64,000 nucleotides of DNA, taken from contig CAYSBJ010000001.1 in assembly GCA_964429275.1 (NCBI GenBank), positions 265,776 through 329,775 on the forward strand, written 5' to 3'. Below, in pieces: positions 47,960-55,800 of the stretch. The position numbers were made by a program, and so were the translations under genes. Below the pieces are notes generated by a model, which worked only from the letters and a program-made list of their open reading frames with translations, had not been told where the DNA came from and did not search any database. Origin of the DNA: an uncultured Pseudomonadota bacterium (GTDB lineage: Bacteria > Babelota > Babeliae > Babelales > JAUPTZ01). Numbering within the stretch: position 1 is the stretch's first letter; every line of letters starts with the position of its first letter.

Positions 47960-48610
47960 ATGGTTATGCAAATCCAAAAAAAGATGCCGGCAGCAGTTAA
48001 AACACCAGAAAATATCTTAGTGGTGCCGCGGCAGCTCTTGATGACTCGTGGCCTGTTGGCTCAGACACCAGGGTTTGTTGTGGCAGGTGCCACTCTAGGG
48101 CAAGAAATTGAAGAGTTAGTAAGAACCGGCGGGCAGTTCTTGCCGCGACCGGATATGGAAGAAGATCCATCATATAAGCAAATTATTCCGTATACCGTTT
48201 TTGTCCACAATCGCCAGGTGTTTGTGATGCAGCGAGGTCGCGGGGCAGGGGAACAGCGGTTGGCAGAAAAATATACTCTTGGCATTGGCGGGCATGTCCG
48301 GCAGAAAGATCTGACGACTGGCGGGCTTGCCGAATGGGGACGTCGTGAATTTGAAGAAGAAATTGCCTACGCCGGCCGATACTGTGGGCTGAGCCTGTTT
48401 GGCTTGGTTAACGATGATTCTAATGCGGTGGGCCAGGTGCACCTAGGCGCCGTATTTGTGCTTGAGGGAACGACTGATGTCATTAAAGTCCGGTCGGAGC
48501 TCAAATCGGGTATGCTGATGGACCGTGAGGCCTGTTTGCTGGTGCGGGGACAGATGGAGACGTGGAGTCAGTACGTGCTTGATGCGTTGATCATAGCTAA
48601 CATTATTTAG
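47960..48610 (+). CDS. Predicted NUDIX-fold phosphoesterase (YmaB/COG4112-like)
   Basis: E.DPSYKQIIPY, GE.RL...Y.LGIGGHV, RE.EEE, G.VNDDSN.VG.VHLG, ETWS. Confidence 0.82.
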   Translation: MVMQIQKKMPAAVKTPENILVVPRQLLMTRGLLAQTPGFVVAGATLGQEIEELVRTGGQFLPRPDMEEDPSYKQIIPYTVFVHNRQVFVMQRGRGAGEQRLAEKYTLGIGGHVRQKDLTTGGLAEWGRREFEEEIAYAGRYCGLSLFGLVNDDSNAVGQVHLGAVFVLEGTTDVIKVRSELKSGMLMDREACLLVRGQMETWSQYVLDALIIANII

Positions 48611-48932
48611 CTCTGAGAGCGAAGCAGAGCGCGAGAGCAAGGCTTTTTTGATGTACTAACCAATTCAAAGGTTATTTTGCGGCGCTCAAAAGGCCCCCCG
48701 CTCGGCTTCCGACTTTTTTGTCTCGCTTAGACAGCCCGTTTGGGGCTGCTCGACAAAAACCGTAGTCGCCTCGAAGGGGCCATTTTCCCTTTGCAAACCT
48801 GACTTGGAAAGTATCTAGATTTTGTATCTGCGAGAAATCGGGCCGCAGTTGCTCCAAGGAGCGAGTTCGGCTTTTTGCGTAGCAAAAACGCATGTTTGAG
48901 CGGGAGGGGTAATTCTGGACGAGCGCAGCAGC

Positions 48933-49760
48933 CTAGTGCCTGACTTGCTCCCATAGCTTATATAAATTATTGAGATCAAGCTGCTGAGCCCGCAAGCGCA
49001 ACAACTCTTCTGGCAAGTGCTGCCATTTATATTTCGTACGACGCAAATTATTCCCGAGCGTTTGCCGTGGGCTGACAAAGCAGGCACGAATGAAGGCCCA
49101 GAAGGCCGTCGGGTCAGTGATCGGCATTAAAGCCGTTCGTGGCTGAAATCGTACTAATCTGCTCATCACCTTGGGCGCCGGCACAAAGAAGTGCGGCGGA
49201 ACCCGTTCATATGCAGTGAAGTTAAAATAATATTGTAGGTAGATAGAAACGGCCCCATAGCGGCGTCCGCTTGTGTGGGTAACCCGTTCAGCTGCTTCTT
49301 CTTGAATCATGACCATGCCGTCATCAAAAAGGGTGTGGTTTTGGGAAAATTGCTCAAAAAGTGGAAAAGTGATGACGTACGGCAGATTTGCTAAGAGAAC
49401 CAATCGTTCCCCCTCTTTTTTAAGGCTGGCAAAGTCAAATTGCAGGGCATCGACGTTGTGGATGGTGAGGCGCGGGTCATGAATAGTGTCTGCTAGGCGC
49501 TCAGCCCAGTCCGGGTCAATTTCAATGACATGGAGCGCCTTGCACTTGCTGTCTAGAATGGCGCGGGTCAAAATGCCGTCACCACAGCCAATTTCTACGA
49601 CTGTCGTATCAGGAGTAATGGTAATGGCAGAGAGCATAGTGTTGATTGGCTCTTGCGAGATTAAAAAGTTTTGGCCAAGGTGTCGCTTTTGACGCGGGAG
49701 TGCTTGGGCTGCTTGTGCTTGAGGACGAAACTTGTTTTTATATTGAGAACGATGGGCCAC
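48933..49760 (-). CDS. rsmA: 16S rRNA m6,6A dimethyltransferase KsgA
   Basis: LGQNFL, EIGCGDG.LT, IEID, ANLPY.IT, M.Q.E.AER, F.P.PKV.S. Confidence 0.95.
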   Translation of the reverse strand: MAHRSQYKNKFRPQAQAAQALPRQKRHLGQNFLISQEPINTMLSAITITPDTTVVEIGCGDGILTRAILDSKCKALHVIEIDPDWAERLADTIHDPRLTIHNVDALQFDFASLKKEGERLVLLANLPYVITFPLFEQFSQNHTLFDDGMVMIQEEAAERVTHTSGRRYGAVSIYLQYYFNFTAYERVPPHFFVPAPKVMSRLVRFQPRTALMPITDPTAFWAFIRACFVSPRQTLGNNLRRTKYKWQHLPEELLRLRAQQLDLNNLYKLWEQVRH

Positions 49761-49848
49761 GTGTTTTACCTATATGCTGTTGTTTGCTATGAAAATGAGG
49801 GTATAGTATACTCGATTCTCTAAAAATTATGTTCTTTGATGTTTTTGT

Positions 49849-50318
49849 GGGGGCGTTTTTGGTTTCGACGTGTTACATACGGCTATGAACGCATGCCGAG
49901 TTTGGCTCCGGAACTCGTAAAAAAAAGGTGCAAATCAATAAATGCAGAATCTAACGGTTCTGTGAATACATCTTACAACTTGATGAATGCTTACAAGCCT
50001 GTGACCCTTGGTCACGTGTTTGCTGGCTTTAACGCTGCTGGCAGCTTTGCTGCTGTTGCTGCGTAGTCGTCAACTAGTTGATGCTATTCATCTTGTAAAT
50101 AGGGCCCCGTCTATCTGGCTCTCTTACTCGTATTACCCATGATAGAATCGTGTCACAAGGTTTTTTAGTTGTGTACTGACGCGATATACAAAACTAACCC
50201 GTCTTCGTGGCACTGTCTGCGATGCTTTGAAGATGTGGTAAAAATCGCAGTCCAGCATGGAGTTTGCTTGTAGTTACGTGTGATGCGGACATGGGTTCAA
50301 CTCCCATCGCCTCCACCA
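49849..50318 (+). ncRNA. ssrA: tmRNA (470 nt); tag ORF 49944-50066
   Basis: 5' GGGGGCG...GGTTTCGAC pairs with 3' CGCCTCC-ACCA with a G3-U pair; T-arm GGGTTCAACTCCC; ...ATAAAT-GCA resume site; the tag ends FAAVAA*. Confidence 0.93.
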
Positions 50319-50490
50319 CTCGCCTTCGCACACGCTGCGTGCGACAAAGCGCACGAGGTGTGACTACGGCATAGCGGGGCCTTCAAAGGCACCACAAGCC
50401 GTAGTATCACCGTCAGTGTGTAACGCAGCCCGCTAGGGCAAGTGCGATGCGAGTGTCACGCCATAGTCCCCGTAAGGGCGACGGCGGACT
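50319..50490 (+). repeat. Structured tRNA-3'-associated element, copy 2
   Basis: Homolog of 25976-26155 with the same helix order and compensatory changes. Confidence 0.8.
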
Positions 50491-50579
50491 GGCAGGCAAA
50501 ATTACCTCTAGGTTCTGACCCGCCGGGTCTTACTCTCTAGGCCTCTCTAGCCAAAAAACATCCTTTATTCGGGAATCTC

Positions 50580-51182
50580 ATGAAAAAAATCAAACTTTCT
50601 ACCATCCTTACTCTTTCCTTTTCTCTTCTTCTCCTTGTTGCATCTGCGAATCCTTTCGAAGGCATTTTACGGACTGCGCGTGAAGAACGGGCAGCGCTGA
50701 CTAGTCCAAGCACCTTTGCGCCTGGATTTAGCCTGGGAAGTTCATTTTCATATACAAAAAAACGCATAGGCCAAAGCGGAATTCCAATAGCCGCTTCAGT
50801 TGGCACCACCGTGGCTCTTTCGCTTCTTTTTGAGCGATTTGCTAAAACCGAGTCTCGCACTCGTGCCAAGAAAATGGCAGTGTTATCATACCTTTTAGCT
50901 GCGGTCTATGGATCTCAATTGCGTCAGCGTGGTGAGCAATACAATAATCTTTCACTAACTGACCCAATGCTTTTTAACCGCCTTCTGCTTGTTTTTGGCA
51001 GCAGTGTGTGTGGAACGTTTCTTTTGAACCTTGTTTTAGATTGGTATCGTGGCAGTAAGGGCTCTCAGGCAACGCTCAAACAAAATCTTACGTGGGCTCT
51101 GGAAATGGGTGCTTTGAACTCTTATGCCGTTGCGGCAGCCTACTTTCTTGATAAAGGCACTGTGCCAGTAACGCAATCGTAG
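50580..51182 (+). CDS. Hypothetical membrane protein
   Basis: 200 aa, signal peptide and about 4 hydrophobic segments. Confidence 0.65.
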   Translation: MKKIKLSTILTLSFSLLLLVASANPFEGILRTAREERAALTSPSTFAPGFSLGSSFSYTKKRIGQSGIPIAASVGTTVALSLLFERFAKTESRTRAKKMAVLSYLLAAVYGSQLRQRGEQYNNLSLTDPMLFNRLLLVFGSSVCGTFLLNLVLDWYRGSKGSQATLKQNLTWALEMGALNSYAVAAAYFLDKGTVPVTQS

Positions 51183-51222
51183 ACTGCTGCGGATGACGGG
51201 TAACCACGCGTCTCTATCCTTG

Positions 51223-52173
51223 TTAATTAAATCGTACGACAACTTTTCCATTTAAATAAAGTTCTGCGTCGAGTGCTGCCATGCAGCCCTGACCGGCTGA
51301 CGTAGTTGCGTGTCGGTATCGTGAATCACACACGTCGCCAGCAGCAAAAACGCCAGCCATGCTTGTGAGGCTCGTACCTGGTTGTACTACAATATGATTT
51401 GTTTGATTGATAAGAAGTTGGCCTTTGAACATGTCAGTGTTTGGCCCCGCACCAATAGCGACAATGATGGCAGCAACCGGAATAGTACTACTTGCCTGTG
51501 ATATCGTATTTTGCACTGTAATTTCTCGTACCGTATTGGCATCCCCATTTACCATGAGCGTGGTGTGGTTACAGAGAACTTTAGCGTGCGTATGATTTTG
51601 TACAAGATGTATGAGTCGGTCTGTCGCCGTGAGACGGCTCTGTGCTTGTATCATTACAATATGTGCACCCGCTTCTAAAAGGTGGGCTGCAAATGTAATA
51701 GCGCTATTGCCACCGCCAATAATGGCTACTGTTTTTCCTTGGTAAGCATGAAGATCCGCAGGTAGTTTTGTATATATGCCACGATTTTCGTATTGTGCTG
51801 CGCCCGGGCAGGTTAATTTTTTTGGCTTGCTACCACAGGCAATGATGAGTGCTTTGGTTGTTAAGATCTGCCCGGATGCTAAAGTAATTTTTTTTTCTTC
51901 AGGGGAAAGGATAACGTTGGTAACATCGTCGGCAATGAAGTGCGTACCATACTGTGCTGCATGCTCTTTAAAGCGTTCAATCAGTTCTGGTCCTGAAATA
52001 TCAAGAGTGCCTGGCCAATTCTTAACTGATTGTGTGCGAAGTAATTGTCCGCCGCAAGGAACGCCGGTGATGACGAGTGGTTCAAATCCCGCGCGAGCCG
52101 CATAGAGCGCTGCAGAAAGACCAGCGGGGCCGCTGCCGATAATAATTATGTTGTGCGTTACTTTGGTTGTCAC
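51223..52173 (-). CDS. Thioredoxin reductase-like flavoprotein lacking the catalytic CxxC
   Basis: GSGPAGLSAA.Y, GGQL, NWPG, GGGNSA, GVFAAGDV.D..YR.A.TSAG.GC.AA; the CxxCD position reads KLPAD. Confidence 0.85.
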   Translation of the reverse strand: MTTKVTHNIIIIGSGPAGLSAALYAARAGFEPLVITGVPCGGQLLRTQSVKNWPGTLDISGPELIERFKEHAAQYGTHFIADDVTNVILSPEEKKITLASGQILTTKALIIACGSKPKKLTCPGAAQYENRGIYTKLPADLHAYQGKTVAIIGGGNSAITFAAHLLEAGAHIVMIQAQSRLTATDRLIHLVQNHTHAKVLCNHTTLMVNGDANTVREITVQNTISQASSTIPVAAIIVAIGAGPNTDMFKGQLLINQTNHIVVQPGTSLTSMAGVFAAGDVCDSRYRHATTSAGQGCMAALDAELYLNGKVVVRFN

Positions 52174-52246
52174 AGAAATCCTTTCTTACATTTTCAGTAT
52201 ACATGGTATGATAGCGTAGTTTCTCTCTATTTTTAAGGAGTTTTGT

Positions 52247-52828
52247 ATGAATCGCATCGGCAAGCCAATTGCACCATTCAGCGTAAAAGCTATTACCGCA
52301 GGAAATATAACAACGTTAACCGATGCTGATCTGCGTGGGCGTTATACTGTTTTGTTCTTTTACCCGCTCGATTTTACTTTTGTGTGTCCGACAGAAATAC
52401 ATGCTTTACAAGAAAAAATGAGCGATTTCGCGGCACGAGGCGTTGATGTTTATGCTGTTTCGGTTGATTCTATCCATGCGCATCGTGTATGGCTTGAGAT
52501 ACCAAAGGCAAAAGGTGGCATTGCTGGCGTTACTTTTGGCCTTGTTTCTGATCTTACCCGTGAATTAGCGCGCGCATTTAATGTGCTCAATGAGGAAGAG
52601 GGAGTTGCTTTTCGCGGCACGTTTATTCTTGATAAAGAAAACGTATTGCAGCATGCAAGCGTGAATAACCTCTCTTTTGGCCGCAATATTGATGAAATCA
52701 TTCGTATGATCGATGCCATCGCTTTTGTAGAACAGCATGGCGATCAAGTATGTCCTGCAAATTGGAGCACTGGCAAAAAGACAATGAACCCTTCAGCCGA
52801 TGGAGTTGCTGAATTCTTTATGCGCTAA
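52247..52828 (+). CDS. ahpC: 2-Cys peroxiredoxin (AhpC/Prx1)
   Basis: FYPLDFTFVCPTE and VCPANW. Confidence 0.95.
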   Translation: MNRIGKPIAPFSVKAITAGNITTLTDADLRGRYTVLFFYPLDFTFVCPTEIHALQEKMSDFAARGVDVYAVSVDSIHAHRVWLEIPKAKGGIAGVTFGLVSDLTRELARAFNVLNEEEGVAFRGTFILDKENVLQHASVNNLSFGRNIDEIIRMIDAIAFVEQHGDQVCPANWSTGKKTMNPSADGVAEFFMR

Positions 52829-55800
52829 CGGTTGCTTTTAAGTTCGTAATAGTGCTGTTGCGCGCCGTCAAGGTTGCGATTGCTTGTTTTGCATAGGCAG
52901 CGGCGCTCTCTATGGTTGCTTTTGCTTTGAGGGCGCTCTTCTGGTCTTTAAACGGCGGATTCTCTTTTGACACCGCGCTCAGCGTATTATTTATTTTATT
53001 TAATAGATCACCAATGGAACTCAAGAGTGATGATGCACTTGTTCGTGATGAGCCAGTGGCTTTTCCGGCAATCGTTTTGAGGGTTTCTATTGCTGCTGTC
53101 GCTTGTGTCTGTGCTGAGGTCAGGAAGTTAACGACAGCTGTTTTTTCGGTAGTAAGTTTTTCATTTAGACTATCAAGCGGCGATTTTTGTGCGACACTGG
53201 TTGTTGGTGCTTGAGCACTTTTCGACTGGGTTGCAGTATTGATTGCCGATTGGAGGGCTGCAATGGCATTTATCGTTGCGGTATTGGTGCTAGCGATGTT
53301 ATTGCTTGTACTGATTGCGACAATTGCGTTCGCGCACATGGTGAATGCATCTTTAACGGTGGTGTACGTTTGAGTAGATGTTGGGAGTGCTTTAAGTGCA
53401 GTATTTATATAGGTCAAGTTTGGACCAGTACCAGGAGCTGTTGCGCCATTAGTGCCAGGACTGTTTTGCAGCGCATTTGCTTGCTTAATTAGATCTGCCT
53501 TGTTGCCGACGGTTGAAGGTAAATTATTTGCAGCAGTTATCGCTGCTTGTGCATTAGTATCGGCGGTTGTGGCGTCTGGCAGTGTCTTGTTTAATGTAGT
53601 TGTTGCATTTTTGATTGCTTGATTAGCGATCGCATTGATTGCTGCCATTAAATTCGTAGTTATACGGCCGCTTAGGGTGTCAAGAAGGGTGTGGGCAGCC
53701 GTTTGGGCAGTTTGTGCATCACTTGTCGTAGCATAGGTGGTTGGCCTGGTTGCTGGTATCGTTGGTGCAAGTGCGGTAATTGCGTTAATAATTGACTGAG
53801 TACCAGTTTTTGAATCGGTTTGTAGACTCTTGTCGCTTGCGTCTCCTATGACTTTTTGTGCTATCAAGTCGGTGCATGCTGCCCAGGTGAGGAGTGCGGT
53901 ATATGCATTCATTGCTGCGTTAACGGTACACAGAGCGGCATTAGTAACAGTGCTGATTCCGCCCGTTATACTCAACTGTTGGGCAAGATTTTTTAGCTTG
54001 GTAGTGCCATACAGGGCATTTGTCTGTAGATCGCTTACCGCAGCTGGTGTGAGTAAGATTGCTGTTCCGTTAATAGTAGAGGTCGCCGTAGTGATCCCTG
54101 CCGTTGCCAGCGCTCCCACCGCAGCAAGAGCATTGCTTATACAGACGTCTGCCGCTGTTAGATCGGATGCAACACCGCTACTTGCAGTGGAGCCTTGTAT
54201 AGAGGTGAGTATGTTTTCGTTTGCGGTCTGTAGGTTTTGGAGTATTGTTGCATTATTACTTTGTTTGGTAGTGAAGAGTGCCGTAAGTACTGATTCGGCT
54301 TTAGTTTGGGCTGCCTGTGCGTCGCTTGTTGCCGTGTAAGTGGTTGGCGTTGGCCTCGTGGATGGCAAGGTTTTCATCTGCGCAAGGATGAGACCAAGCA
54401 AGGTCTGTGTGCCGGTGTTTGGATCGCTTTGAAGGGTTGTTGTACCAATTTTTTGTGCTTGAAGATCAAGGCACTCTGCCCAAGTTAATGCTGCCGTGTA
54501 GGCACTGATTGCGGCATTTACGCTGTAGGAAGCGGCAGCAGCGACGGTTGTAGCCGCTTTTACGGCCGTGGTAAGAGCAGCTATCCCTATTGTTGAGTCG
54601 TTTTGCAGTGTGGCTGCAACTGAAGCGAGCGAGGCTTGAGTAAGCGGTGTTGCAGTGCCATTCAGTGTTACGCTTCCGCCAGTGATGTTATTTGTTTGCA
54701 GAGAATCTGTCGCTGCTTTGGCGCCGGCGATGAGTGTTGGAATGTTTGTATTAGTTGTATTAGCTACGGCTGCGGAAAGGAAGCTGCTTGCTTGAATAGC
54801 GTTGCTGACTGCAGTGTCGGCGGCTTGTAAATTTTGGAGCGAGGTAGAGCCGTTTGGCTGTTTGGTTGTAAGAAGGAAGGAGAGGAAGGCTTCCGCTTTT
54901 GTTTGTGCTGCGCGAGCATCTGCGACCGTTGTGTACGTGGTTGGTGTTGGTCGGGTTGTTGGCAGAGCGGTTCGTTGTTCAAAAATACGGTCGAGGAGGA
55001 CTTGGGTGCCTGTATCTGGATTATTCTGAAGTGTCTTTGCGCCAATTTTTTGTGCTTGAAGATCAAGGCACTCTGCCCAAGTTAATGCTGCCGTGTAGGC
55101 ACTGATTGCGGCATTTACGCTGTAGGAAGCGGCAGCAGCGACGGTTGTAGCCGCTTTTACGGCCGTGGTAAGAGCAGCTATCCCTATTGTTGAGTCGTTT
55201 TGCAGTGTGGCTGCAACTGAAGCGAGCGAGGCTTGAGTAAGCGGTGTTGCAGTGCCATTCAGTGTTACGCTTCCGCCAGTGATGTTATTTGTTTGCAGAG
55301 AATCTGTCGCTGCTTTGGCGCCGGCGATGAGTGTTGGAATGTTTGTATTAGTTGTATTAGCTACGGCTGCGGAAAGGAAGCTGCTTGCTTGAATAGCGTT
55401 GCTGACTGCAGTGTCGGCGGCTTGTAAATTTTGGAGCGAGGTAGAGCCGTTTGGCTGTTTGGTTGTAAGAAGGAAGGAGAGGAAGGCTTCCGCTTTTGTT
55501 TGTGCTGCGCGAGCATCTGCGACCGTTGTGTACGTGGTTGGTGTTGGTCGGGTTGTTGGCAGAGCGGTTCGTTGTTCAAAAATACGGTCGAGGAGGACTT
55601 GGGTGCCTGTATCTGGATTATTCTGAAGTGTCTTTGCGCCAATTTTTTGTGCTTGAAGATCAAGGCATTCTGCCCAAGCTAATGCTGCCGTGTAGGCACT
55701 GATTGCGGCATTCACGCTGTAGGAAGCGGCAGCAGCGACGGTTGTAGCAGCTTTTACGGCTGTGGTAAGAGCAGCTATTCCTATTGTTGAGTCGTTTTGA

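Noticed and set aside
49836..50066. 76-aa ORF as an independent gene
   Set aside because: It is the tmRNA tag frame extended upstream through the tRNA-like domain.
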